From Candidatus Poribacteria bacterium (GTDB taxonomy: Bacteria; Poribacteria; WGA-4E; PCPOR2b): a DNA stretch of 64,000 nucleotides. Within the stretch, counting starts at the first letter, position 1, and the number at the start of each line of letters is the position of its first letter. The notes beneath the pieces are model-generated. The model made no database searches and was not told the origin of the DNA. It worked only from the letters and a program-made list of their open reading frames with translations. Shown piece by piece: positions 20,695-30,636 of the stretch. The position numbers and the translations under genes were made by a program. Location of the stretch: contig OZ242351.1 in assembly GCA_965208675.1 (NCBI GenBank), forward strand, positions 1,344,001 through 1,408,000, in the 5' to 3' direction.

Positions 20695-20883
20695 CAACTG
20701 CCGACTGAATACGCCTCGCATTTCACAGTTTAAATTTATCGCATCGGCATTCTGTGCACTCGGTAAACCTCGGAGACGTCAGCAAATCTCGTTAAACACT
20801 CCCGACTTGATGTATACGATCTGAGTTCGCGAAAGGATAACATCCTCCTGCGAAAATATAGCGCTTACCTTCCCGCCCTCCTG

Positions 20884-22014
20884 ATGGATTTCTGTTTTAG
20901 CGCGGTGTTCACAAATACCGCATTCTATTCAAGCTACCTCCATCTCACTTCAACTTTTTTAGGTACGCTCACGGCGATAAGCTCTGCAATATACGTTATA
21001 CTTGCCATTCCCTTCGGACGGCTATCCGATCGAATTAACCGAACTCACAATCTCGCCGCAGGATGCCTGTTACTCGCGATCCTTAGCTTTTCACTTCCGT
21101 TCTGTTTCCGTAAGCTCCATCTGGCGTTGGTCTTCCCGTGCGTTGGCATAAGCCAAGCGTTGTTTTGGCCCGCCTACGAAGCGTGGCTTGCGGAACGAGG
21201 TAGCGGCAGGTATCTGATTAAGCGGCTGCGGCTCTTCAACCTGTTTTGGAGCACTGGCATTACAGCCGGACCAGTTACATCGAGTTACCTGTATCGGGGC
21301 ACAAATCCGGTTATACCTTTCTATCTTGCGGGCGGTTTTAGTCTGCTCAATTGGTTCACCATTTATTCCCAACCAAAGATTCATAAAGGCGTAGGAAACC
21401 GTGCAATGCCCGCCTCACGTTCCGAGAGCACATGGGTGGAAGCGCAGCCAACTCCTACATCGCAACGCGTTTTTTTGCAGATTGCGCGGATTTCTAACTT
21501 TGCATCGTGGTTTTGCTTGGGCGTCTTGCGGCGAATAGCGCCAAAATTAACGCTAGAGATGGGCATCTCTGCGAAGATGTTCGGCAATCTTATGTTGACG
21601 CTGGGTGGTGTGCAAACGCTCACGTTTCTTTGGTTCGGCACGGATTACTCGACGCGGTGGCATTACCGGTTAACCCCTCTGGTATGTGTGCAATTACTAG
21701 CTGTGATGGGGTTTGTGGGATTGTGGTGTTGGACGCACGCCGTAATCTGGGCGTTCGCGTTTGCATCTATTGCAGTGTGTGCTGCCGTTACCTATTTCAG
21801 CAGTTTGTATTACAGTTTACATGAGGAGGAAAGCAAGGGCGACAAAAGTGGATGGCACGAAGCAATACTTGGGAGTGGAATTTTGTTAGGCCCCTTTCTG
21901 GGTGGGGTATTTGCGGATTCAGCGTTGGGAATCAAGAGTCCCTATCTGCTTTGCGCCGGCGTAATTGCAGTTTGCATCTTCCTCGAAGGATTGAAACGGT
22001 TGCGGGCACGGTAA
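20884..22014 (+). CDS. MFS transporter
   Basis: 'FGRLSDRINR' (MFS motif A), about 11-12 hydrophobic segments, 'GILLGPFLGG'. The true start may be CTG near 20848 after SD AAAGGA. Confidence 0.85.
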   Translation: MDFCFSAVFTNTAFYSSYLHLTSTFLGTLTAISSAIYVILAIPFGRLSDRINRTHNLAAGCLLLAILSFSLPFCFRKLHLALVFPCVGISQALFWPAYEAWLAERGSGRYLIKRLRLFNLFWSTGITAGPVTSSYLYRGTNPVIPFYLAGGFSLLNWFTIYSQPKIHKGVGNRAMPASRSESTWVEAQPTPTSQRVFLQIARISNFASWFCLGVLRRIAPKLTLEMGISAKMFGNLMLTLGGVQTLTFLWFGTDYSTRWHYRLTPLVCVQLLAVMGFVGLWCWTHAVIWAFAFASIAVCAAVTYFSSLYYSLHEEESKGDKSGWHEAILGSGILLGPFLGGVFADSALGIKSPYLLCAGVIAVCIFLEGLKRLRAR

Positions 22015-22064
22015 CGCCGCATCAGGTACGCTCTCCCGCGAGTCCTTTGTCCTACCAGATTTTC

Positions 22065-24314
22065 TCATTCCGAAAGCATCTTCTGCATCTCATCAATCTG
22101 TTGACGCGCATAAGCAACGACGACGCTCTCCGGATGACTATCAATCAACGCTGAATAAACTTGCATTGCTTTTCTAACGTCCCCCAGTTGCCAGCGATAG
22201 GTATCGGCAATCTTTGACTGTGCTTCCGGCGCACGTGGACTCTCCAAAGTGACAACCTGGTAATACGCCTCGATCGCGCTTGTGTGGTCGCCTTGTTTCA
22301 GATAAATATCCCCGAATAACAACCTGATCTCATCAATGATTAGCGCATGAGGGTATAAGTCGATCGTTTCCGCCCCTTGTTCTAATGCTTTTTCCGTTTT
22401 CCCATTTATGTATGCGTGTAATGCTTTGACGTACCGCTTGAGTGGTTCGCGGTTAAAATCTGAATTGGAGTTGATTAGGACGATTCGATCCAGAGCATCA
22501 TTGCTCGCGGGATGAAATGCGGCAACTTCCAACACGTTATTGTACGCCGTAACTGCATCCTCAAAGCGTTCCTGAAAAAGTAATGAATCTCCAATTAACT
22601 TCTGGGCTTCAGCTTGGAATTTGCCATGTCCTCCAGCAATTGGGCCCAGCACATTTTGAGCCAGATCATGCTGACCTTGTAGAATGTGGCATTCTGCCAA
22701 ACGCAGTTGAACTTCCGTCTGTTGTGCAGATGTCAAGGGCTGACTGATTAACGATTGGTAGGTTCGCATTGCTGACGCAACATCACGGATGCCATGCAAC
22801 CATACATGTCCTAAGAGGAGCAGTGTGTTTACATCCTCGTGCCGACGCGTCATCTGGATCAAAACCGCTAACGCATCCTGCCAGCGTGCCGTCTGCACGT
22901 AGATTCGCGCCAACTTCATCTTTGAAGTCCAAGCCAAAACACTATCTGGAAAAAGCGAAATGATTGTTTCGTAATAGTCACCGGCTTTTGGATGCTTTTG
23001 CCGTTCCAAAATGTGCGCATATTTCTCTAAGAATTGACCGCGATCCGGTGGATAAATCTGATGAATTCGGGCAAGACTCTCAAGCGCTAAATCCAAATTC
23101 CCTTGATGAAAGTAAATTTCGGCCAATGCTAAAACGAGCTTCGGATTCTGAGGACTTTTCCGGAGTTCGGTTTTTAGGCGTGCAACAATCTTCGCAAATA
23201 AGCGCGCCTGTTGCTCTCCTTCATAAATCTCGGCGATGTTCACAATAAGTCTGTCACGACTGCTATACCCAATATCAACCGCATTCAACGCTCGTAGATA
23301 GGTGTTGATTGCATTTTCGATTTGGCCCTGAATTTTGTAAACATCAGCAAGGTTAGTATAGAGAGAAACGCTTGTTGTATCGCGTTTCAGTGCAGTCTGA
23401 TATACTTCAATCGCCTCATCATACATGTGATGGGAAACATAGATTTCACCGAGTTGTTGGTATCGGTGTGGTTGAATTGAACCACGCTTGATGATTTTCG
23501 ACCACTCGTGAACAGCTTGATTACGTTCGCCGCGCTCCGCGTGTAATTCACCAATTTTTTTTAAGAGATTTATATCGTTCGGATTGTGCTCAAGTGCCGC
23601 ATGGTAAAGGCTCAACGCTTCACTATGCTTACCCTGTTGTTTGTATAGGTCTGCCAGTTGCTCCATCAAATCTGTATCACCGGAATTTTGGCGGAGATAA
23701 TCTTGAAGTAATTCGTGCGCCTCGTCGTGCCGGTTTCGAGCGAGGTATAGCCGTACGAGACTGTGCAGCGCGCTGACATGGTAAACAGAATTCGGAAAAT
23801 CCTTCAAAAACCCACGGTAATTCTGAATTGCCTTATCGACCATGCCGCCGGAGTTCATATACTGTGCGATTAAGTAGCGCGCAATTTCTGCTGCGTGAGT
23901 ATTCGGATATTTTTGTACGAGTTCATTGCACGATCGAATTGCCTCTTTGTATTGATACCGCTGAATATAGAGATTTCCAATTTGGTGAACCGCTTGGTTC
24001 GCGTATGAACCGCTTGGATTATCATCAATTATGGCGCGGAAAGTTTGGGCGGCAAGCGCATCCTCACCGAGATGCACATAGCAGCGTCCCATATTTATGC
24101 GGATGGCATCTCTCGTATTCGGACGCAGTGGTGTTTTCAAAAGGGGCTGATACGCCGCAATCGCCTCTGAATATTTCCGAATGTAGAAGAGATCATGGGC
24201 AGACTGGACGGCCTCGACATCTTCCTGCACGTCGTGGTTTTGGGCAGACACCGTCAGTGGGATTAACACAGAAAGGATAAATTGCGCACAAATCAACAAT
24301 TTTCCAATCAACAA
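22065..24314 (-). CDS. Exported tetratricopeptide-repeat protein
   Basis: Signal peptide followed by many TPR units (e.g. 'LADLYKQQGKHSEALSLYHAALEHNP'). Confidence 0.88.
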   Translation of the reverse strand: MLIGKLLICAQFILSVLIPLTVSAQNHDVQEDVEAVQSAHDLFYIRKYSEAIAAYQPLLKTPLRPNTRDAIRINMGRCYVHLGEDALAAQTFRAIIDDNPSGSYANQAVHQIGNLYIQRYQYKEAIRSCNELVQKYPNTHAAEIARYLIAQYMNSGGMVDKAIQNYRGFLKDFPNSVYHVSALHSLVRLYLARNRHDEAHELLQDYLRQNSGDTDLMEQLADLYKQQGKHSEALSLYHAALEHNPNDINLLKKIGELHAERGERNQAVHEWSKIIKRGSIQPHRYQQLGEIYVSHHMYDEAIEVYQTALKRDTTSVSLYTNLADVYKIQGQIENAINTYLRALNAVDIGYSSRDRLIVNIAEIYEGEQQARLFAKIVARLKTELRKSPQNPKLVLALAEIYFHQGNLDLALESLARIHQIYPPDRGQFLEKYAHILERQKHPKAGDYYETIISLFPDSVLAWTSKMKLARIYVQTARWQDALAVLIQMTRRHEDVNTLLLLGHVWLHGIRDVASAMRTYQSLISQPLTSAQQTEVQLRLAECHILQGQHDLAQNVLGPIAGGHGKFQAEAQKLIGDSLLFQERFEDAVTAYNNVLEVAAFHPASNDALDRIVLINSNSDFNREPLKRYVKALHAYINGKTEKALEQGAETIDLYPHALIIDEIRLLFGDIYLKQGDHTSAIEAYYQVVTLESPRAPEAQSKIADTYRWQLGDVRKAMQVYSALIDSHPESVVVAYARQQIDEMQKMLSE

Positions 24315-24418
24315 AATTCTCCTTAACTCAGCGTTTATCCTCGGTTATTGGATTAGATTGCAAGGTTAACCGGGTGGGAAACGGCCGTTATGGAATTTTC
24401 AGCCGCGAATGCAATTTT

Positions 24419-25399
24419 TCATGAACTAGGCAACAACTTTAAAACCATGACTTCTAATGCCAACGTGCTGTTGACGTTACGTTTAAGCAAATCCTTGGTT
24501 TCAAAGACTGTTTTGATGGCTGTTTGCAGTTTCATCCGCGAATATCGGGAAGTCAGTTGTTGAAGACGCTGCGCGTGATAGATATGAGTCAATGATTCCG
24601 CCGGGGCACCCTGGTGCAACAGTAACAAATCTCGATACCAAGTTACAAGTTGTTCAAGCGCCTCCGGATTCTGATTGAACTTCTCGGCTATGCGAAAAGC
24701 CGTCAATCTGTCGCTAGACTCTATAATTTCCGGTATTTCTTGTTGAGAAATATCTACATTTTCTCTCAGTCGGGTCAACGCATTTCCAACTGCACCGCGT
24801 GATAACGATGCGATGTGAAACGCTTTGTGTTCTTCAAGGTTAAATTGTTGAACAAGGTACTCTGCAAGTTCAGGAATTGCAAGCGGGTGAAAGTCAATAA
24901 TCTGGCACCGGGATCGGATCGTAGGCAATAACGCATCTAAATTTGAAGTAATCAATACTAAAACCGACGCCGCTGGCGGTTCTTCTAAAGTTTTGAGTAA
25001 GCAATTCGCCGCCTCCAGATTCATGCAATCTACTTCAGTCAGGATATATACTTTTCGTTTACCCTCAAGCGGCCGGTAGACAATCCATTTTTGTAAATCT
25101 CGAATTTGATCTATTTTCATCCATGCGCCTAATGGATTGATTTTTTTCACATCTGGATGGTTTCCATTATCGATTTTTCGGCAAGACAAACACGAGTTAC
25201 ACGGCCTCTGTTCCGACGCAGTGCAGTTAATCGTTTTCGCAAAGTAGATGGCAATGGTTTCTTTGCCAATATTTGCGGGTCCTGCGAATAGATATGCTCC
25301 TGCCACACGATTCGATTCAATGGCATGGAGTAGTTGTTCGATTATCTGTTCGTGACCAATGATACGTGACTGCATAGGCAGTGAATCAGCGGATCGCAA
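24419..25399 (-). CDS. holB: DNA polymerase III subunit delta'
   Basis: 'AYLFAGP.NIGK', zinc motif 'PCNSCLSC..I..GNHPDV', 'AANCLLKTLEEPP', 'LLPTIRSRC'; follows tmk. Confidence 0.95.
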   Translation of the reverse strand: MRSADSLPMQSRIIGHEQIIEQLLHAIESNRVAGAYLFAGPANIGKETIAIYFAKTINCTASEQRPCNSCLSCRKIDNGNHPDVKKINPLGAWMKIDQIRDLQKWIVYRPLEGKRKVYILTEVDCMNLEAANCLLKTLEEPPAASVLVLITSNLDALLPTIRSRCQIIDFHPLAIPELAEYLVQQFNLEEHKAFHIASLSRGAVGNALTRLRENVDISQQEIPEIIESSDRLTAFRIAEKFNQNPEALEQLVTWYRDLLLLHQGAPAESLTHIYHAQRLQQLTSRYSRMKLQTAIKTVFETKDLLKRNVNSTLALEVMVLKLLPSS

Positions 25400-25401
25400 T
25401 C

Positions 25402-26055
25402 TTACAGTTTACGTTCCATCCCTTTCGTTAGCAATAGGCCGTCTATTTCCGCCTTAATCAATTTATGTATGCTATCTACCTTGGCTAGGGCATCAATTAC
25501 CGTAATACGATTGGGCTCTTGATTTGCAATTGCAAGATAGGCTTGGCGGATTCGATTGTGAGATTCGAAATCCTCTAAATCTAAGCGATTCATTGCACTC
25601 TGCCTTTGTTGTACACGTTTTAAGCCGATTTCTACCGGCAAATCTAACACAAAAGTTCGATCTGGTGACAACTCGCGTGCCGCGATACGATTCAGCTTGC
25701 GAATCAGATTCAAATCCAATCCGCACCGATAGCCTTGGTAAACGACCGTTGCGTCAGAAAATCGATCGGAGATAACAATCTTCCCACTATCCAGCGCAGG
25801 CAAGATAACATCGGACACATGTTGCGCCCTCGCCGCAGCAATCAGCAACAGCTCCGTCGTTGATGCCATTTCATTGTGATTCGGATTCAAGAAGATTCCG
25901 CGGATTTCTTCTGATATGGGTGTCCCGCCAGGTTCACGTGTAACGCATACGGCATAGCCCGTTTGACTGAGAAACGCCGACAATTTTTGAATTTGCGTCG
26001 TTTTCCCTGAACCTTCCATACCCTCAAATGTGATAAGTAGACCGTCTTTTGCCAC
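25402..26055 (-). CDS. tmk: Thymidylate kinase
   Basis: 'ITFEGMEGSGKTTQ', 'TREPGGT', 'SDRFSDAT..YQG'. Confidence 0.96.
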   Translation of the reverse strand: MAKDGLLITFEGMEGSGKTTQIQKLSAFLSQTGYAVCVTREPGGTPISEEIRGIFLNPNHNEMASTTELLLIAAARAQHVSDVILPALDSGKIVISDRFSDATVVYQGYRCGLDLNLIRKLNRIAARELSPDRTFVLDLPVEIGLKRVQQRQSAMNRLDLEDFESHNRIRQAYLAIANQEPNRITVIDALAKVDSIHKLIKAEIDGLLLTKGMERKL

Positions 26056-26342
26056 AGTTTACCTTATTTTCTTGATTCATGTGATAGCATAGAAATTGCC
26101 ACTTGCGAGCATGGTCATGAGGAATAATGGAAATGCGGATTTATACTGAGCATACCGCTGGCTTATTTGACGGCGAGATTGGTCTGAAATGATTCTAAAC
26201 TCACCCTGTGGCGGCATCTATCTGAAATCCTCCCGAACCGCGCCGCTAAAATTGGCGCAATATAATGGGAGGCGGATAGTCGCTAGAGGTGCGTGTAGCG
26301 TGGCACTGGCGAACACCTAGTTGGTGAATCGGTTTTGCAGGA

Positions 26343-27251
26343 TTATAACTGTACCAATTTCTGGATTTCAGAATAGCGTTGGTTGATATCCAAGCGCGTA
26401 AGGGTGCGTTGTCGGTTTAGACTGAAATCCTCAACGTCGAATGAGGCGATGACCGTCCCGTAGATTATGGCTTTGCGAATTGTCGGCTCTGACATGTCGC
26501 CGGTAGACGCCAAATAACCCAGGAATCCGCCTGCAAAACTATCGCCGGCACCGGTTGGATCCGACACGCATTCCAGTGGATAAGCCGGCGCGGAAAAAAA
26601 AGTGGAATCCGTCAACGAAATCGCACCGTGTTCACCCTTCTTGATAATCACTCGGTTCGGTCCACGAGTTAGGATTTCCTTTGCGGCGCGAATAAGATTG
26701 CTTTCATATGTTAAAAGACGGGCTTCGGTATCGTTGATAATCAGTATATCGACCCTACTCAAAGTGCGCATGAGTGCATCGCGGCTGTTATTTATCCAGA
26801 GATTCATTGTGTCGCAAACAATTAACTTTGCATCCGTTGTTTGCTGGAGGACGCTCAACTGTAGTTCAGGATTGATATTCGCTAAAAATACGTAGGGTGT
26901 ATCTTTATGATTTACCGGCAATTTCGGGTTAAAGTCGCCATAGACATTCAAATCCGTGAAAAGTGTAAGCGCAGCGTTCGGATCGTCCGTATAACGACCG
27001 CCCCAACGAAAGGTACTGCCGCCTTGAATCTGCTCCAACCCCGTTAAATCTATTCCGCGTGACTGGAGGAAGTTTATGTGTTCTTGAGGAAAATCATCTC
27101 CGATGACAGCCACCAAGCGGATTGGATTGTGGAAAAAACTTGCTGCTACAGAAAAATAGATTGCCGATCCACCGAGTGCGTTCTCGACATGACCGGCGGA
27201 TGTTTCAACTGAATCCAGTCCAACGGATCCAACAACCAATATGCTCATCAA
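26343..27251 (-). CDS. PfkB-family carbohydrate/nucleoside kinase (possible adenosine kinase)
   Basis: 'LGGSA', 'INDTEA', 'DPTGAGDSFAGGF'; downstream of ahcY. Confidence 0.88.
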   Translation of the reverse strand: MMSILVVGSVGLDSVETSAGHVENALGGSAIYFSVAASFFHNPIRLVAVIGDDFPQEHINFLQSRGIDLTGLEQIQGGSTFRWGGRYTDDPNAALTLFTDLNVYGDFNPKLPVNHKDTPYVFLANINPELQLSVLQQTTDAKLIVCDTMNLWINNSRDALMRTLSRVDILIINDTEARLLTYESNLIRAAKEILTRGPNRVIIKKGEHGAISLTDSTFFSAPAYPLECVSDPTGAGDSFAGGFLGYLASTGDMSEPTIRKAIIYGTVIASFDVEDFSLNRQRTLTRLDINQRYSEIQKLVQL

Positions 27252-27330
27252 TCAACCTTTCAGATTGGCACGGCCCTTTGGCTATAGTTTTTTGAGGTAT
27301 CGAAGCGTTCGGTAGCCCATAATGGAAAGT

Positions 27331-27549
27331 TCATTGGCGGTTTTTGTTCCGCAGCGCATACACAACGCGGCGAACGCGGCGAACCAGGATAACGACGAGA
27401 GTCACCAACAAAACCCCCTGGAGTATTTGACCCAACCGAAACATACTTTCAGATAGTCGCGACGGATCGGATTGTAACAACCAGATGGGCAAAAATAAAA
27501 TCGCCGCTAAAAGCAATATTATACTTTCCCATAGCTCCGATTTCTTCAT
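27331..27549 (-). CDS. Small two-TM membrane protein
   Basis: Two hydrophobic helices, basic C-terminus, SD GAGGA, located between ahcY and pfkB. Confidence 0.6.
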   Translation of the reverse strand: MKKSELWESIILLLAAILFLPIWLLQSDPSRLSESMFRLGQILQGVLLVTLVVILVRRVRRVVYALRNKNRQ

Positions 27550-27587
27550 CGGCCGGATATCCTCAAGTTATGCGCATGACACAACTT

Positions 27588-28850
27588 TCAAGTGCCCATC
27601 GTCCAGGAATTTAGATAAGTGCGCTGTTCTTCTGTCAACTCATCAATAGTAATGCCGAGTGCTTGCAATTTCAGCTGGGCAACGGATGCATCAAGTGCGG
27701 GCGGTACGAGGTAAACACGATTTTCCATTTGCGACTCGTTCTTGACGATGTACTCGGCAGACAAAGCCTGATTAGCAAAACTCATATCCATGACACTCGC
27801 GGGATGGCCTTCGGCCGAGGCTAAATTGATTAACCGCCCTTCACCAAGCAGACAGAGTCTGCGTCCATCTTTCAAAGTATATTCCTCGACATATTCCCGG
27901 GCTGTTCTCACTTCGACGCTCAAATCTTTTAGTGCGGGGATATCGATCTCAACATTAAAGTGCCCCGAGTTACAAATAATTGCGCCATCCTTCATCACCT
28001 CAAAATGTTCGCGGCGCAACACATGGATATCCCCCGTCAGCGTGACAACAACATCCGCCTCCGCAGCCGCATCAATCATCGGCATGACACGGAAACCATC
28101 CATCACCGCTTCCAATGCACTCAATGGGTCAACCTCTGTAACGATGACGTTCGCTCCGAGTCCGCGCACTCTGTTAGCAAATCCACGACCACACCAACCG
28201 TAACCGACAACGACAACGGTTGTACCAGCAATTAGCAAATTGGTCGCACGAATAATTCCGTCCAACGTGCTTTGCCCCGTACCGTACCGATTGTCAAAGA
28301 AGTGCTTTGTCTTGGCGTCATTCACGGCGATAATTGGGTACCGAAGAACGCCTTCAGCAGCCATGCTTTTTAGCCGAATCACTCCGGTTGTCGTCTCCTC
28401 TGTCCCCGCAAGCACCTGTTCGGCGTGAGCGGGGTTCGTGTTTTCGGAATGGAGTTGAGAAACCAAGTCGGCGCCGTCATCCATCGTAATTAAAGGCTGA
28501 AAGTTCACGGCTGCATCAATGTGTTGGTAGTAGGTGTCATTGTCCTCGCCTTTAATCGCAAAGACAGAGATGCCCTCATGCGCGACGAGGGATGCAGCAA
28601 CAGCATCCTGGGTGCTCAGTGGATTTGAAGCGCACAGCGCAATCTCCGCGCCGCCGGCTTTCAAAGCTCGCATAAGGTTAGCGGTCTCCGTTGTAACGTG
28701 CAAACACGCAGAGATTCGAACCCCATCCAATGGACGTTCCGCAGCAAACCGTTCACGGATTAGGCTGAGAACCGGCATAAAACGTTCCGCCCAATCAATC
28801 CTCTGTTTCCCTTCCTCTGCTAAGTCAACGTTTCTAATATCGTAATCCAT
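27588..28850 (-). CDS. ahcY: Adenosylhomocysteinase
   Basis: 'ASNPLSTQD', 'EETTTGV', '[10 protein letters not shown]', 'GYGWCGRG', '[14 protein letters not shown]'. Confidence 0.97.
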   Translation of the reverse strand: MDYDIRNVDLAEEGKQRIDWAERFMPVLSLIRERFAAERPLDGVRISACLHVTTETANLMRALKAGGAEIALCASNPLSTQDAVAASLVAHEGISVFAIKGEDNDTYYQHIDAAVNFQPLITMDDGADLVSQLHSENTNPAHAEQVLAGTEETTTGVIRLKSMAAEGVLRYPIIAVNDAKTKHFFDNRYGTGQSTLDGIIRATNLLIAGTTVVVVGYGWCGRGFANRVRGLGANVIVTEVDPLSALEAVMDGFRVMPMIDAAAEADVVVTLTGDIHVLRREHFEVMKDGAIICNSGHFNVEIDIPALKDLSVEVRTAREYVEEYTLKDGRRLCLLGEGRLINLASAEGHPASVMDMSFANQALSAEYIVKNESQMENRVYLVPPALDASVAQLKLQALGITIDELTEEQRTYLNSWTMGT

Positions 28851-30038
28851 TTATTCTCCTGTACAGCGCTGTGCCTCGGATCTGAGGCGTTCGACATAAT
28901 CGGTCAATTCCCAGGTAAAACCGTCTTCTTCGCGTCCGAAGTGACCATAAGCCGCCGTCCTAAAGTAAATTGGTCTGCGCAGTTGTAGACGTTTGATAAT
29001 TCCGGCGGGTGTTAAATCGAAAACTTCCTTCACAACACAAGTCAATGTTTCATCTGATAGCCTCACGCCGTCAATAGTTCTTCCGGTACCAAAAGTATCA
29101 ACCATGACTGATATTGGTTCGACAACGCCAATGGCGTAAGATATTTGGACTTCACACCGTTCTGCCAGCCCTGCCGCCACGATATTTTTCGCAACATGCC
29201 GGGCAGCGTAGCAAGCGCTGCGATCGACCTTCGTTGGATCTTTACCGGAAAACGCGCCGCCGCCGTGCCGTCCCATACCGCCGTAGGTATCAGCAATTAT
29301 CTTTCGTCCAGTTAAGCCGGCATCGCCTTGGGGACCGCCGACGACAAATCTCCCCGTGGGGTTAACATGGATTACCATATCCTCGCCGCGCAGATTCGGC
29401 GGAATCACACGGCAGATAACTTCTCTAATTATGTCGTCTCTCATAACGCTGTCTGTCAACCCACAGCTCTCAAGTGGGTGGTGCTGGGCAGAAATGACAA
29501 CCGTGTGGACATACTCAGGATGCCCATCAATATACTGAACCGTAACCTGCGACTTTCCATCAGGACGCAGATAGTTGAGTGTACCGTCTCGCCGAACTGC
29601 TGCCAAACGCCGGGTCAGTTGATGAGCCAGCATAATCGGCATCGGCATCAATTGGGGGGTTTCACGGCAAGCATAACCGAACATCATGCCTTGATCGCCA
29701 GCGCCGAGTTTATCAACACCCATCGCAATATCGGGGGACTGCTGATCAATCCTCGCCTGCACCTCACATTCTACGGTGTCAAATCCGTAATCGGCTTGGG
29801 TATATCCAATCTGCCGAATCACTTCAATAGCGATTGAGCAAATATCAATGTTGGTGTTTGTAGTGATTTCACCCGCGACGAGTGCAAGCCCGGTTGTCAC
29901 CAAGGTCTCGCATGCAACGCGTCCATTTGGATCTTCCGCCATAACGGCGTCAAGCACCGCGTCAGAAATCTGATCTGCAATTTTGTCAGGGTGACCTTCA
30001 GTTACAGACTCTGATGTAAATAAATAATTTTGGCTCAA
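28851..30038 (-). CDS. metK: S-adenosylmethionine synthetase
   Basis: '[13 protein letters not shown]', 'GAGDQG', '[16 protein letters not shown]'; abuts the ahcY start. Confidence 0.97.
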   Translation of the reverse strand: MSQNYLFTSESVTEGHPDKIADQISDAVLDAVMAEDPNGRVACETLVTTGLALVAGEITTNTNIDICSIAIEVIRQIGYTQADYGFDTVECEVQARIDQQSPDIAMGVDKLGAGDQGMMFGYACRETPQLMPMPIMLAHQLTRRLAAVRRDGTLNYLRPDGKSQVTVQYIDGHPEYVHTVVISAQHHPLESCGLTDSVMRDDIIREVICRVIPPNLRGEDMVIHVNPTGRFVVGGPQGDAGLTGRKIIADTYGGMGRHGGGAFSGKDPTKVDRSACYAARHVAKNIVAAGLAERCEVQISYAIGVVEPISVMVDTFGTGRTIDGVRLSDETLTCVVKEVFDLTPAGIIKRLQLRRPIYFRTAAYGHFGREEDGFTWELTDYVERLRSEAQRCTGE

Positions 30039-30636
30039 TTGATTGCTCCTAACCTCAACTTTAGGTAGATGTATTTTGCGTGTTTACGCGATTAACCGTA
30101 TCAATGTTGTTCGTGTTTGTCCCCGCCAAATCTTCAATACCGCATTTGTAGTAGACACTTATGGTTTCCCTCAATGTATTTAAACCAACTCAATTTTTAT
30201 GTTCCGACTTCATCAAATCTATTCGCGAATATTCTCCGAATTCAATTCAATGACTGAGCAAGTTTAGACCATCTGGACGCTTCGCAATACCCGGCTCGCA
30301 ACCGCCATAGTAATCTGCCCGGATTTGCATCCAAATACAGCGATGTCTACGGTCCCTATCTAGCCTAAGGAAAGAGGACAAATTACGGGTCTGTTATTTA
30401 CCTAAATCCACGTCAAAGAGGGAGGCGGGAAAGTCACCGGTAAGGTTATAAATGGAAAGGAATAAAAGCCGTTTTCAACAGTGATACCATCACAGAACAC
30501 ACTGCACAAGATTCTTGTTTCCTAACGACATAAATCTAGCGTATCGCACGGACACTCAGCCTCCCGCACGACTAGCAGTTAATTTGTTCAATGGCGTAAT
30601 TCAAGGATTCAGTGATCGCGTATCATTCCCGTTCTG

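Noticed and set aside
30039-30636. Possible SAM riboswitch in the 600-bp region upstream of metK
   Set aside because: I could not find the SAM-I core (ATC.AGAG...GAGGGA...GCAACC...GTGC...GAT) on the minus strand; an Rfam/Infernal scan is needed.
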